Counted from the first letter of the stretch, positions 8,493 through 18,479 are shown. The stretch is DNA of 43,311 nucleotides from Gammaproteobacteria bacterium (GCA_016765075.1 JAESQP010000144.1:1-43311), one strand, 5' to 3'. The notes: generated by a model not told the origin, from the sequence alone. Numbers and translations are program-made.

Positions 8493-10259
8493 TCAGTCTT
8501 TATGCTGTCCTAGCTTTTGATAGCGCCGTTTGATTTCGGCTTTTTCTTCAGCGTTTGCAATGCCAAGACGGTCACGTTCTTCGAGCTTCTCGAGCTGTGC
8601 TTCATTGGCTGTTTTGCGTAGCCTAGACAAGGTGTCATCCCATTCTGCTGCCAGCGCATCGCTATCGAGTAATGACGGCTGGGCAGCAAGCTTGGATAGA
8701 TGTTGACCATGTTCAGTATCGCGCCAGTGCTCCAAAATACCACCAGTACTGAGATGGGGATGTTGATGCAAGAGTTCAAGTAAGTCGATCAATAAAATGA
8801 TGCCGGCTTGGTCAATATCTTTGAGCCATGCACCATTTTCAGTGGTTTTTGCTAAGTCGGGTCGATGGAGCAGTACAGTAATGGTTTTGCGTACTAGCGA
8901 TGGCCCGCGTTGGTTTGTGGTGGCTGTATAGCGATTAGCGGTTTGTGCTGTCTTTGCCGTATTACCGCTAATGTCGATGCTGAGCAGGTTGACGTCGATG
9001 CGTGTGCGTTGTGCTAATTCAGCAATCATCATTTGTTGAAAGGTGCCGCCAGGCAATTTCTTAAGTAATGGTTTTGCTGCTTCAGCCAGTCGTGCGCGGC
9101 CATCAATCGTGCTGGCATCGGTCTCTTTGCCGAGGTGGTCAAATAGGTATTGCGATAGTGTCTGGGCTTGTGCAATGCGTTGCGAAAAACGTTCAAACCC
9201 TTCTTGACGAACCAGTGTGTCGGGGTCTTCACCATCGGGTAAAAACAGAAACCGAATTTGGCGACCCTCATGCAGCGTCGGTAGGGTATTTTCCAATGCG
9301 CGCCATGCGGCGTCGCGACCGGCACGGTCACCGTCAAAGCAAAATATAATATCTTCGACTTTACGAAATAAACGCTCGATATGCTCGACACTGGTCGCCG
9401 TGCCTAAGGTCGCCACCGCATAGGTAATGCCATATTGCGCTAGTGCAACCACGTCCATATAGCCCTCAACCACCAGTACTTGATTGAGTTTACGGTTACT
9501 TTGGCAGGCCTCATAAAAACCGTATAGTTCTTTGCCTTTATGAAACAAGGGCGTTTCAGGTGAATTCAGGTATTTTGGTGTACCGTCACCGAGTACACGT
9601 CCGCCAAAGCCGACCACGCGCCCACGTAAGTCTCGAATCGGAAACATGATGCGGTGACGGAAACGGTCGTAATAATCGTTTGCGCTTTTTTTGATAAGTA
9701 GCCCGACTTCAACGAGTTGTTCGCGCCTACCTTCATCTGAGCCTAGCGCTGTTTGAATGGCGCGCCATTCATCAGCACAAAAGCCTAATGCGAAACGCTT
9801 GGCGATTTGGCCGCTGAGTCCACGACCTTTCAGGTAATCGACAGCTTGTTGTTTTTGCGCGTGTTGACGTAGTTGTGTTTGATAAAAATCATTAGCCAGT
9901 TCAGTCAGGGCGAATAATGCCTTGGTATCCGTTGACGGTCGTTGAAAAGTGCCGCCGTCCTCACGCGGCACATCAAGACTAAGGCTATCGGCAAGCTCTT
10001 GTATGGCTTCAACAAAATCAAGATTATCGTATTCCATTAAAAAGCCAATAGCGCTGCCATGTGCGCCACAGCCAAAGCAGTGATAAAACTGCTTGTTCTG
10101 ACTTACTGTAAACGACGGGGTCTTTTCATTATGAAAGGGGCAGCAGGCGTGAAAGTCTTTACCGGCTTTTTTCAGTGTTACACGTGCGTCAATGAGCTCA
10201 ACAATATCTGTGCGAGCCAGAATGTCATCGATAAACTGTTGAGGAATTTTGCCCGCCAT
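8493..10259 (-). CDS. dnaG: DNA primase
   Basis: 588 aa. Zinc finger CPFHNEKTPSF...CFGCGAHG. TOPRIM motifs VVEGYMDVVAL and CFDGDRAGRDAA. Confidence 0.97.
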   Translation of the reverse strand: MAGKIPQQFIDDILARTDIVELIDARVTLKKAGKDFHACCPFHNEKTPSFTVSQNKQFYHCFGCGAHGSAIGFLMEYDNLDFVEAIQELADSLSLDVPREDGGTFQRPSTDTKALFALTELANDFYQTQLRQHAQKQQAVDYLKGRGLSGQIAKRFALGFCADEWRAIQTALGSDEGRREQLVEVGLLIKKSANDYYDRFRHRIMFPIRDLRGRVVGFGGRVLGDGTPKYLNSPETPLFHKGKELYGFYEACQSNRKLNQVLVVEGYMDVVALAQYGITYAVATLGTATSVEHIERLFRKVEDIIFCFDGDRAGRDAAWRALENTLPTLHEGRQIRFLFLPDGEDPDTLVRQEGFERFSQRIAQAQTLSQYLFDHLGKETDASTIDGRARLAEAAKPLLKKLPGGTFQQMMIAELAQRTRIDVNLLSIDISGNTAKTAQTANRYTATTNQRGPSLVRKTITVLLHRPDLAKTTENGAWLKDIDQAGIILLIDLLELLHQHPHLSTGGILEHWRDTEHGQHLSKLAAQPSLLDSDALAAEWDDTLSRLRKTANEAQLEKLEERDRLGIANAEEKAEIKRRYQKLGQHKD

Positions 10260-10284
10260 GAGGGGGATTCTATGTTACGGACAC

Positions 10285-10299
10285 CCGGCTGTCAGCCGG
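10285..10299 (-). promoter_or_regulatory. Short GC hairpin between yqeY and dnaG (possible attenuator, in the position of the E. coli rpsU-dnaG T1 site)
   Basis: CCGGCT-GTC-AGCCGG, a 6-bp stem. There is no U-tract on the transcribed strand, so it is not a canonical terminator. Confidence 0.25.
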
Positions 10300-10335
10300 A
10301 AATAAAATTTACTTGGGCGTAGATATTGGCAGAGC

Positions 10336-10803
10336 TTAAAGTGCGGCCAATTTTTGTTTGATTATGCCACTGACGGCACCAAGGTCGGCACGGCCTTGCA
10401 GTTGTGGTTTCAGGGCTGCCATCAGCTTGCCCATGTCTTTTATAGAGCTGGCGCCAGTGTCAGCAATAGCCTTGTCGATGGCTTTGGTGATTTCGTCATC
10501 GCTCATGGCGGCAGGCATATAGTCTTGCAATACGTTGATTTCGGCATTTTCAATAGCAGCGAGCTCGTCACGGCCAGCATCCTGAAACTGTGACGCTGAA
10601 TCACGGCGCTGCTTAATCATTTTGTCGATGATAGCAATGATTTGCGTATCATCAAGCCCTGCATCATCAAGTTTGGCGCGCTCATCGATCTCACGTTGCT
10701 TGATGGCGGCTAAGGCCATGCGAATAACCCCCAAACGTGCTTTATCTTTAGCGCGCATGGCAGTCTTCATGTCTTGAGTGAGGCGCTGCTTAAGGGCGGA
10801 CAT
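10336..10803 (-). CDS. yqeY: GatB/YqeY domain-containing protein
   Basis: MSALKQRLTQDMKTAMRAKDKARLGVIRMALAAIKQ is typical of the YqeY family. I prefer ATG 10803 over the ORF-track TTG at 10821. Confidence 0.85.
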   Translation of the reverse strand: MSALKQRLTQDMKTAMRAKDKARLGVIRMALAAIKQREIDERAKLDDAGLDDTQIIAIIDKMIKQRRDSASQFQDAGRDELAAIENAEINVLQDYMPAAMSDDEITKAIDKAIADTGASSIKDMGKLMAALKPQLQGRADLGAVSGIIKQKLAAL

Positions 10804-10845
10804 TGTGCCAGTACCTTGCAATGGGGCTAAGGTTTAGTGTTGCAA

Positions 10846-11061
10846 TCAATACAGGCGAACGTGACGCGCAACTTCGCGGTCGACTTTTTTAGCGTGGCGC
10901 TTCACAGCAGCAGCAGCTTTGCGCTTGCGAACGGCCGTTGGCTTTTCGTAAAACTCGCGACGGCGGATCTCGGACAAGGTACCGGCCTTTTCGCAAGTGC
11001 GTTTGAAACGGCGCATAGCCACTTCAAAGGGTTCATTTTCTTTCATTTTTACTGATGGCAT
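10846..11061 (-). CDS. rpsU: 30S ribosomal protein S21
   Basis: 71 aa: [27 protein letters not shown]...RHVRLY. Confidence 0.97.
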   Translation of the reverse strand: MPSVKMKENEPFEVAMRRFKRTCEKAGTLSEIRRREFYEKPTAVRKRKAAAAVKRHAKKVDREVARHVRLY

Positions 11062-11162
11062 AAAATCCCGATTCCTGAGGTTTACCTACATAAATTAGGC
11101 AAAAGTTTAATAAGTTCACTGTGACCCTCATTCACGCAAAGGCAGCCACAGAAAAGCCGATT

Positions 11163-11192
11163 AGTATAGGCGTTTTGCAGTGAGATGCACAA
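11163..11192 (-). promoter_or_regulatory. Candidate sigma70 promoter for rpsU-yqeY-dnaG-rpoD
   Basis: Minus strand reads TTGTGC (11192-11187), 18-nt spacer, TATACT (11168-11163), about 100 nt upstream of the rpsU ATG. The -35 matches only 3 of 6. Confidence 0.3.
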
Positions 11193-11225
11193 CTATTGTT
11201 GTTTAACGGGTGATTTGAGTAAGAA

Positions 11226-11996
11226 TCAAGGGATTTTTGGGGTGCTAGGGCTACAAACCTGACACTCAGGGTCTTTTTTCAGGTTCAGCGTGCGCCACTC
11301 ACTATGTTTGGCGTCAAGAAGCTGAACACGCCCGACTAGTGTTTGGCCAAAACCAATTAGCAGCTTCAGCGTTTCCATGGCCTGTAGACAGGCAATAGTG
11401 CCCACGGCGGGGCCGATGACACCCGTTTGGGCGCAATTTTCGGCATTATCGCCCTCTTCAGAGTATAAACAGGCGTAACAGGGGCTGTCGTCGTTACGTG
11501 GGTCAAAGACACTGATTTGGCCCTCCATACGAATAGCTGCACCAGAAACCAAGGGTATTTTTCCGGCAAGCGAAATACGGTTAATAGCGTGGCGGCTGGC
11601 AAAGTTGTCTGTCGCATCGACAATAACATTGACCTTTTCAGCGCAGACATAGCGTTGCAATGCCCGTTCATCTATAGCGTAGTCAATGCAATCAATGCGA
11701 ATTTCCGGATTGATGTTGGCAGCTGTCGCCTTGGCTGAGACGGCTTTATTGACACCGACATCGCTACTAGCGTGGGCGATCTGCCGGTGTAAATTGCTGA
11801 TATCGACCACGTCAAAATCAGCCAGCGTCATACGCCCTATACCAGCGCCAGCAAGATACATTGCCACAGGTGAGCCAAGGCCACCGAGTCCGACAATCAA
11901 TACATGCGCAGCCAACAGCTTTTCCTGGCCAGCGATATCGATATCCGGCAATAAAATCTGGCGGCTGTAACGTGTTAGTTGGGCATCATTAAGCAT
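11226..11996 (-). CDS. moeB: Molybdopterin-synthase adenylyltransferase (MoeB/ThiF family)
   Basis: 256 aa. TRYSRQILL, nucleotide loop IVGLGGLGSPVAMYLAGAGIG, and zinc CxxC pairs CYAC and CQVC. Divergent from moaA. Confidence 0.85.
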   Translation of the reverse strand: MLNDAQLTRYSRQILLPDIDIAGQEKLLAAHVLIVGLGGLGSPVAMYLAGAGIGRMTLADFDVVDISNLHRQIAHASSDVGVNKAVSAKATAANINPEIRIDCIDYAIDERALQRYVCAEKVNVIVDATDNFASRHAINRISLAGKIPLVSGAAIRMEGQISVFDPRNDDSPCYACLYSEEGDNAENCAQTGVIGPAVGTIACLQAMETLKLLIGFGQTLVGRVQLLDAKHSEWRTLNLKKDPECQVCSPSTPKIP

Positions 11997-12063
11997 AATT
12001 TAGCGGCGAGGTCTTGTCTATCTACGATAGAATGCGATAAATCACTTGCTGTGTCATTAGGAA

Positions 12064-13104
12064 ATGTTGACTAATTTACGACAACAAGCCGAATCTTTAA
12101 TGCATCCAGTGTTGGTGGATCGTTTTGGCCGAAATTTCAACTACGCCCGTATTGCGCTTAATGAGCGTTGCAATTTACGTTGTACTTATTGTATGCCGGA
12201 AGAGGGCGTTGATTTTCAGGCGCCGGAGAAATTGCTACGCAAGGATGAAATTGCGCGTCTGGTGAGTGTGTTAGCGTCAGTGGGTGTGAATAAGCTGCGT
12301 TTTACTGGTGGTGAGCCAACGCTGCGTAAAGACTTGCCCGAGTTGGTTGCTATGGCAGTCAATACTCCTGGCATTGAAAATGTTTGTCTGACGACCAATG
12401 GTTTATTGTTGCATCGAATGCTTGATGACCTAAAACATGCGGGGTTAACAGGTATAAACATAAGTCTTGATACGCTGCGCGAAGATCGCTTTAAGCACAT
12501 TACCCGGCGTAACGGTCTCGGACAAACCTTGCAAAATATCGAATTGGCTTTGCAAAAAGGTTTTAGCAGCATCAAGGTCAATGTCGTTGTTATGCGTGGC
12601 ATTAATGATGATGAAATTGAATCATTCTGCGAGCTGACGCGCGACAATCGATTAACAGTGCGATTCATAGAGTTTATGCCGTTTGATGCCAAACAACTGT
12701 GGTGTGACGGCGATTACCTGGTGCGCGCCAAAGACATTGTTACCCGATTGCATAAGACCTATAACGAACTGCTGGCGGTGCCAGGCTCTGAAACAGAGCA
12801 TCATCATTACCGCATCGCTGGCTATAAGGGCACGGTCGCTGTCATCCCCGCGTTTACGCGTAGCCTTTGCCGTAATTGTAATCGTATTCGCATTACCGCT
12901 GATGGACAATTGCGTAACTGTCTTTATTCTGGCACGGATTACGATCTGCGTGATTTGATGCGCCGTGGTGAGAGCAACGCACAAATCGTGGCACAGCTAC
13001 AGCAAGCAATTACTGAAAAAGTAGCAGATGGCATTGAGGCGCGCGAACGTAGCGTGACGAAAGTTGCCATATCTCGTATTAGCATGACCCAGATTGGTGG
13101 CTAG
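12064..13104 (+). CDS. moaA: GTP 3',8-cyclase (radical SAM)
   Basis: 346 aa. CNLRCTYCMPEEG, a second cluster CRNCNRIRITADGQLRNCL, and a C-terminal GG. An alternative start exists at ATG 12100. Confidence 0.95.
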   Translation: MLTNLRQQAESLMHPVLVDRFGRNFNYARIALNERCNLRCTYCMPEEGVDFQAPEKLLRKDEIARLVSVLASVGVNKLRFTGGEPTLRKDLPELVAMAVNTPGIENVCLTTNGLLLHRMLDDLKHAGLTGINISLDTLREDRFKHITRRNGLGQTLQNIELALQKGFSSIKVNVVVMRGINDDEIESFCELTRDNRLTVRFIEFMPFDAKQLWCDGDYLVRAKDIVTRLHKTYNELLAVPGSETEHHHYRIAGYKGTVAVIPAFTRSLCRNCNRIRITADGQLRNCLYSGTDYDLRDLMRRGESNAQIVAQLQQAITEKVADGIEARERSVTKVAISRISMTQIGG

Positions 13105-13394
13105 GAGCTTGTTGGACTTAGGTGATCGTAGCGAGAGAAAGCCATTTCGAGGTGCCCCCCGCCTTCGCGGGGGCAGGCTTTTGGGGTATGAGTTCATTTT
13201 TTTGATCGTTTGCACCCCGAGGGCACGTAGAGGCGAATATTGAGCATATTTAACGAAAAGGATCGGAAAAATGAGCCATACCCCAAGGGCACCTCGAAAT
13301 GGCTTTTTCGTACGACTGCCTGGATGCAGGAGTTAGAGCGACGCAGGAAGCCAAAGCCGAGTAGATTCACCCTAAGTCCAACAGGCTTCTAGAT
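13101..13394. repeat. About 290-bp imperfect palindromic (MITE/REP-like) element filling the moaA-moaC junction
   Basis: Perfect 20-bp arms at 13138-13157 and 13287-13306 (AAAGCCATTTCGAGGTGCCC). Outer arms 13105-13125 and 13368-13390. Arms 13181-13203 and 13265-13286. Internal GC hairpin CCCCCGC-CTTC-GCGGGGG at 13156-13173. The left terminus CTAGGAGCTT contains the moaA stop, and the right terminus CAGGCTTCTAGA ends 1 nt before the moaC ATG. Confidence 0.85.
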
Positions 13395-13874
13395 ATGACA
13401 AAAAAATTTAGCCACATAAATAAAGAGGGCGACGCGCATATGGTCGATGTCGGTGACAAGACAGCGACGGATCGACAAGCGACTGCGCAAGGCTGTATCA
13501 GTATGTCTGCTGAGGCGTTTGATTTGTTAGCAGCAGGCAGCCACAAAAAAGGCGATGTGCTTTCGGTTGCGCGTATTGCTGGCATCATGGCGGCAAAACG
13601 CACAGCGGACTTGATTCCCTTATGTCATACATTACCGTTATCTAAAGTCGATGTGTTGTTTGAGTTAAATGAGGCAAAGCAGCAAGTGATATGCCAAACG
13701 ACAGTACGTTGTCATGCGCGCACGGGTGTTGAAATGGAAGCCTTGACCGCAGTGCAAATCGCCTTGCTAACGATCTACGATATGTGCAAGGCAGTTGATA
13801 AATCAATGGTGATTGATGGCGTTCGCCTACTCAAAAAAACCGGCGGAAAAAGTGGTGGCTGGCGTGCGTCATAG
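13395..13874 (+). CDS. moaC: Cyclic pyranopterin monophosphate synthase
   Basis: 159 aa. [16 protein letters not shown] and IPLCHTLPL. Confidence 0.95.
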   Translation: MTKKFSHINKEGDAHMVDVGDKTATDRQATAQGCISMSAEAFDLLAAGSHKKGDVLSVARIAGIMAAKRTADLIPLCHTLPLSKVDVLFELNEAKQQVICQTTVRCHARTGVEMEALTAVQIALLTIYDMCKAVDKSMVIDGVRLLKKTGGKSGGWRAS

Positions 13875-13880
13875 ATTGTT

Positions 13881-14117
13881 ATGTCAGTAACTGTAAAGTA
13901 TTTTGCTTCCTTAAGAGAGAACGTTGGTGTTGCCGAACAGCAATGCCAAATTGCGCAAGAGGGTTGCAGCGCTACTGAACTATGGACGCAACTTAATCCA
14001 TCAATAAAGCTGGCTAATAATAGTTTAGTTGCTATCAATCAAAATTATGCGTGTCTCGGCGCGCAAGTTAATGATGGTGATGAAGTGGCATTTTTCCCTC
14101 CGGTGACAGGAGGATAG
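13881..14117 (+). CDS. moaD: Molybdopterin synthase sulfur-carrier subunit
   Basis: 78 aa ubiquitin-like protein ending FFPPVTGG. Confidence 0.9.
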   Translation: MSVTVKYFASLRENVGVAEQQCQIAQEGCSATELWTQLNPSIKLANNSLVAINQNYACLGAQVNDGDEVAFFPPVTGG

Positions 14118-14119
14118 TC

Positions 14120-14593
14120 ATGCCAGTCATATTGCAAGAATTTGCATTGTCGCCTTATCAACGTTTACAAGACTATGAAACACAATGTCGCAAGCCTGGT
14201 AAGTCAGGTGCCGTAGTGAATTTTATTGGCAGCATGCGTGATATGCATGAAGACTTGTCTGTCGAGGCAATGACCATAGAGTGTTATCCAGCAATGGCTT
14301 TGCAAGAAATTGAACAAATATGCGAAAACGCTACCGCGCAATGGCGATTAGATGATTTTTTAGTGATACATCGTTATGGCAGAGTCGAGCCAGGGGATGC
14401 TTTAGTGTTGGTGGCGGTGTGGTCGACCCATCGACAACAAGCGTTCGATGCCTGTCGTCATATCATTCATCACCTGAAACATAAGGCGCCATTTTGGAAG
14501 CAAGAGCACAATGGTGACAGCAGTCGCTGGTTAGAGCGCAATACGGATGATGTCGCAGTCAGTGCGTCTGATATTGAGCTAAAGTCATGCTAA
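14120..14593 (+). CDS. moaE: Molybdopterin synthase catalytic subunit
   Basis: 157 aa. [12 protein letters not shown] and PFWKQEH, immediately after moaD. Confidence 0.9.
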   Translation: MPVILQEFALSPYQRLQDYETQCRKPGKSGAVVNFIGSMRDMHEDLSVEAMTIECYPAMALQEIEQICENATAQWRLDDFLVIHRYGRVEPGDALVLVAVWSTHRQQAFDACRHIIHHLKHKAPFWKQEHNGDSSRWLERNTDDVAVSASDIELKSC

Positions 14594-15603
14594 TTCTGGG
14601 CATTGAAACTTCTTGCGATGAAACTGGCTTGGCTTTGTACGACAGTGACAAGGGCTTGCTGGCAGATTGTTTGCATAGTCAGATCGCTTTGCATCAGCAG
14701 TATGGTGGCGTTGTCCCTGAGTTAGCTTCACGCGATCACGTCAGGCGTATTACGCCTTTGTTTAAAGAAGTGTTAGCTGTTGCGAGTTGTCAGCGCTCTG
14801 ATATTGATGCTATTGCCTACACCGCAGGCCCCGGTTTAATCGGCGCGCTATTGGTTGGCGCATCGTTTGCGCGTGCGCTGGCCTTTGCTCTGGATATTCC
14901 TGCTTTGGCGATACACCATATGGAGGCGCATTTATTGGTACCTATGCTTGAAGAGGTCGCACCGTCTTTTCCATTTGTTGCCTTGCTCGTGTCCGGTGGT
15001 CATACCCAGTTAGTGCGTGTTGATGGCATTGGTCAATATGAGCTCATTGGCGAGTCGGTCGATGATGCGGCTGGTGAGGCGTTTGATAAAACAGCAAAAA
15101 TGTTGGGCCTTGATTACCCGGGCGGCCCTGCTCTAGCCAAGCTTGCAGTTGACGGCGACCCGCAACGTTTTCGTTTCCCCCGACCGATGACCAACAGACC
15201 CGGCTGTGATTTTAGTTTTAGTGGACTAAAGACACATGCCCTAACGACGTTTCGCGCAACACAGGGGTGCGAGCAAGACAAGCGCGATATTGCACGTGCC
15301 TTTGAAGATGCAGTGGTCGATACGCTTTTTATTAAATGCCGCCGCGCCATGGAATTAACAGGATTAAAACAATTAGTCGTTGCCGGTGGTGTTAGCGCCA
15401 ACCAGTCGTTGCGCCAGCGGTTAGCACAGTATTCGCAACAATCAGCAGTGCAAGTTTACTTTCCGAGAAATGAATTCTGTACCGACAATGGCGCTATGAT
15501 TGCCTATGCTGGCTATCGTCGTTTCGAATTAAATCCGCATGCGGATTATGCTATGGATGTGCGGCCACGTTGGCCTTTAAGTGAATTGTCTGTGCCAGCC
15601 TGA
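14587..15603 (+). CDS. tsaD: tRNA N6-adenosine threonylcarbamoyltransferase
   Basis: 338 aa. [26 protein letters not shown]. The start overlaps the moaE stop by 7 nt. Confidence 0.95.
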   Translation: MLILGIETSCDETGLALYDSDKGLLADCLHSQIALHQQYGGVVPELASRDHVRRITPLFKEVLAVASCQRSDIDAIAYTAGPGLIGALLVGASFARALAFALDIPALAIHHMEAHLLVPMLEEVAPSFPFVALLVSGGHTQLVRVDGIGQYELIGESVDDAAGEAFDKTAKMLGLDYPGGPALAKLAVDGDPQRFRFPRPMTNRPGCDFSFSGLKTHALTTFRATQGCEQDKRDIARAFEDAVVDTLFIKCRRAMELTGLKQLVVAGGVSANQSLRQRLAQYSQQSAVQVYFPRNEFCTDNGAMIAYAGYRRFELNPHADYAMDVRPRWPLSELSVPA

Positions 15604-15669
15604 AGCGCACGTTAAGAGTCAGAAACAAACCCAGAAGTAAACCCAAAAGTAAACAAGGAAGGCAACATT

Positions 15670-16032
15670 ATGAGTAATAAGTTTGAAGCAACATGGGAAG
15701 CCTATACCTCTTCATGGAAGGCGGAGTCTGTCGATGATAAACGCATCATATTTGGTCAATGTCTTGACCTTGCATGTGTATACAATGACCCGATAATAAA
15801 AACAAAAGGGTGGGATGCGCTATTGGAATACATGATTGATTTTCACAAACAAATTCCAGGCGGTCACTTCGTGACCAAATATTTTCTCGCACATAGCAAT
15901 AAAAGTATCTCAAAATGGGACATGAAAAATGGTGATAATACCTTGCTTGGTGAAGGGATCAGTTACAGTGAATACAATAAAGCAGGGAAGTTGGTTTCAA
16001 TGACAGGTTTTTTCGAGACACCTGAAGCATAG
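15670..16032 (+). CDS. Small NTF2/SnoaL-like fold protein (hypothetical)
   Basis: 120 aa with GGAAGG about 9 nt upstream of the start. The size and the alpha-plus-beta pattern are reminiscent of SnoaL-like proteins. No diagnostic motif was recognised. Confidence 0.45.
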   Translation: MSNKFEATWEAYTSSWKAESVDDKRIIFGQCLDLACVYNDPIIKTKGWDALLEYMIDFHKQIPGGHFVTKYFLAHSNKSISKWDMKNGDNTLLGEGISYSEYNKAGKLVSMTGFFETPEA

Positions 16033-16071
16033 AAAACATGAAAGATAAACAATGGTTTGTGTGTGGCGAGA

Positions 16072-16656
16072 TCAAGACGACGAATCGATTTTAGTGGCAG
16101 CAAAGAGTTTTTGTATATTTAGCCTATGACGCCAAATCAGTAATATTGAGATAATCATAGTCAGAATAACGTACTGATTGTGCTCTGAAATAAACCATGC
16201 GTAGAACGGTACCGCAATGGCAGCGGCCAATGCCCCTAGTGCTGAGATACGGCTTAGTGCTGCGACAATTATCCAAGTGACTATAAGTGCCAAACCAACT
16301 GGCCACATCAAGCCAAGTATGACACCCAAGCCAGTAGCAACCCCTTTGCCGCCACGAAAACTAAAAAACACCGGATATAAGTGGCCAAGAAAGGCACACA
16401 ATGCCACGGCTGCTAAGACGCTGGTGGTGCCATCGATCCAGGTCGCAAACAGCACGGGTAGCAAGCCCTTCAGCATATCGCCAAGTAACACTTGCGCGGC
16501 AAGACGCTTGCCGCCAAAACGCAGCACATTAGTAGCCCCTGGGTTACCAGAACCTTGAGTGCGAGGGTCAGGCAGGCCAGATAAACGGCAAAGTACAATG
16601 GCGCTCGAAACAGAGCCAAAGAAATAGGCCAGCAAGCACAGCGCGATAGGTATCAT
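16072..16656 (-). CDS. plsY: Glycerol-3-phosphate acyltransferase PlsY
   Basis: 194 aa membrane protein with GSGNPGATNVLR. Divergent from folB, as in E. coli. Confidence 0.93.
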   Translation of the reverse strand: MIPIALCLLAYFFGSVSSAIVLCRLSGLPDPRTQGSGNPGATNVLRFGGKRLAAQVLLGDMLKGLLPVLFATWIDGTTSVLAAVALCAFLGHLYPVFFSFRGGKGVATGLGVILGLMWPVGLALIVTWIIVAALSRISALGALAAAIAVPFYAWFISEHNQYVILTMIISILLIWRHRLNIQKLFAATKIDSSS

Positions 16657-16775
16657 TGTTGGTTAATCATGCAAGCTACCATTATCCCACCATCACTATG
16701 GTGCACTCTTGTTGGTTTCGGTATTGTGAAACCGCTATAGTGACACAAACCTTGTGAGAAGATTGGCCGAGATTA

Positions 16776-17132
16776 ATGGATATTATTTACCTGAATGAGT
16801 TAAAAATCGAAACCGTTATCGGTATTTGGGATTGGGAGCGCAAGATCAAACAAGAGATTGTGATTGATCTAGAGATGGGCGCTGATATTGCACGTGCTGC
16901 TGAAACAGACCACATTGATGACACCCTAAACTACAAAGCCGTTGCTAAACGACTGATAGAGTATGTCGGTGACAGTAAATTCCAGCTAGTCGAAACGCTG
17001 GCTGAACGTGTTGCCGGGATCGTCCGTGATGAATTTGATGTGCCTTGGGTTAAGGTAACGATAAATAAACGTGGTGCTATTCGTGGTGCGCGAGATGTTG
17101 GCATTATTATAGAGCGTGGTGCCAGAGAGTAA
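16776..17132 (+). CDS. folB: Dihydroneopterin aldolase
   Basis: 118 aa. IGIWDWERKIKQ and LNYKAVAKRL. Adjacent to folK. Confidence 0.9.
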   Translation: MDIIYLNELKIETVIGIWDWERKIKQEIVIDLEMGADIARAAETDHIDDTLNYKAVAKRLIEYVGDSKFQLVETLAERVAGIVRDEFDVPWVKVTINKRGAIRGARDVGIIIERGARE

Positions 17133-17626
17133 TGGCGCGCGTCTATTTAAGTATTGGTAGTAATATTCAGCGTGAAATGAATATTCGCGCCGGGCTCGAT
17201 GCCTTATTTAAACATTTCGGTGAGCTTGATTGTTCACCTGTTTATGAAAGCGTTGCAGTGGGGTTTAAAGGGGATAGTTTTTATAATCTTGTTGTTGGTT
17301 TTGACACCGAGAAAAAGATAACAGTTGTCGCAAAAACCTTGCGCGATATAGAAGACCAGCAACAGCGTGTACGCGATGGAGTTAAATTCAGTTCAAGAAC
17401 GCTAGATCTTGATCTCATTCTTTATGATGACCTGGTGTTGAATGAAGAACACTTACAGATTCCGCGCGACGAAATAGAAAAATACGCCTTTGTCTTGCAA
17501 CCCCTCGCTGATATTGCGCCGACGAAACGCCACCCTGTACTAAAACGCTCTTATGCCGATATGTGGGCTGCGTTTGATCCCGATAAAGTCGCACAGTTTG
17601 TTGTCGATTTTGATTGGCGGCCATAA
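17132..17626 (+). CDS. folK: 2-amino-4-hydroxy-6-hydroxymethyldihydropteridine diphosphokinase
   Basis: 164 aa. YLSIGSNI and RTLDLDLILYDD. The start overlaps the folB stop (TAATG). Confidence 0.92.
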   Translation: MARVYLSIGSNIQREMNIRAGLDALFKHFGELDCSPVYESVAVGFKGDSFYNLVVGFDTEKKITVVAKTLRDIEDQQQRVRDGVKFSSRTLDLDLILYDDLVLNEEHLQIPRDEIEKYAFVLQPLADIAPTKRHPVLKRSYADMWAAFDPDKVAQFVVDFDWRP

Positions 17627-17642
17627 AAACTCGTCAACAAGC

Positions 17643-18374
17643 TTATAACGAACGACCGCCATCGATAGTGATAATTTGGCCGGTAATGTAATCGGCGTCG
17701 CGTGCTAAAAATAATACCGTTTTGGCGATATCAAGCGGGTCACCTAGGCGTTGCAATGCAATGTCATCCAGAGTCTTTTGTTTGCTTTTTTCATCAGGCT
17801 CAGTCGTCGGCCATAGAATTGCCCCGGGCGCAATACCATTGACGCGCACATCTGGCGCTAACTCTACGGCTAAAGAATGTGTCAGTATGGCCAGTCCCGC
17901 CTTGGCGGCGCAGTAAACGCTATGACCCTTTAAAGGCCTTTGTCCATGCACGTCAATGATATTAATAATGCAGCCTTGTTGTTTGGCTAATTCCTCAGCA
18001 GCGGCCTGAGCGATAAAAAAAGGTGCTTTCATATTGCTGCCGATGAGATCATTCCAGTCATCTTCGCAGGTGTTACCGATGGCAGTAGGATAAAAGCTTG
18101 AGGCATTATTGACGACGACATCTAGCCGTTGCCAGGGTTGTAATGCGGCTTGAATGAGGCGCTTGATGTCAGTGATTTTAAGCAAGTCGGCAGGAATGCC
18201 ATGCGCTGATTTTGGCCGAATATTATTTAATTCCTTGGCGAGTTCAGAGGCGGCTTGCACTGAATGTCGATAATGAATTAACACGTTATAGCCCGCATCA
18301 TGTAAATGTCGGCACAGGGTGGCGCCAATACGTTGCGCGCCACCTGTAACCAGCGCCACTTTATTTTCTTGCAT
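17643..18374 (-). CDS. Short-chain dehydrogenase/reductase, pteridine-reductase (FolM/PTR1)-like
   Basis: 243 aa. ALVTGGAQRIGA and catalytic YCAAK. Its position next to folBK suggests a pterin substrate, but that is only an inference. Confidence 0.75.
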   Translation of the reverse strand: MQENKVALVTGGAQRIGATLCRHLHDAGYNVLIHYRHSVQAASELAKELNNIRPKSAHGIPADLLKITDIKRLIQAALQPWQRLDVVVNNASSFYPTAIGNTCEDDWNDLIGSNMKAPFFIAQAAAEELAKQQGCIINIIDVHGQRPLKGHSVYCAAKAGLAILTHSLAVELAPDVRVNGIAPGAILWPTTEPDEKSKQKTLDDIALQRLGDPLDIAKTVLFLARDADYITGQIITIDGGRSL

Positions 18375-18479
18375 AGGTTTTCTCTTAATAGACTTTTTAG
18401 TAGGTTTTTTGGTCCGTTTCTACCCAGTGTATGTCAAGTGTATTACCACGGAGTCTATTTTACCCACTACAATAGCAGC

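Noticed and set aside
11997-12063. Looked for a Moco riboswitch upstream of moaA
   Set aside because: The intergenic region is only 67 bp and shared with divergent moeB, which is too short for the roughly 130-nt Moco RNA motif.
12216-12692. 158-aa ORF antisense to moaA, plus 12652-12984 and 12683-12958
   Set aside because: These are shadow ORFs inside a well-supported radical-SAM gene.
16217-16558. 113-aa ORF antisense to plsY, and similar alternate-frame ORFs in rodA (31178-31495), mrdA (32614-32964) and dnaG (9029-9391)
   Set aside because: All are nested in strongly supported genes, with biased composition and no start-site signals.
18306-18479. 58-codon N-terminal extension of the DUF185 methyltransferase ORF
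   Set aside because: It overlaps the 5' end of the divergent SDR gene and has no family-like sequence. ATG 18480 gives a normal-length protein.
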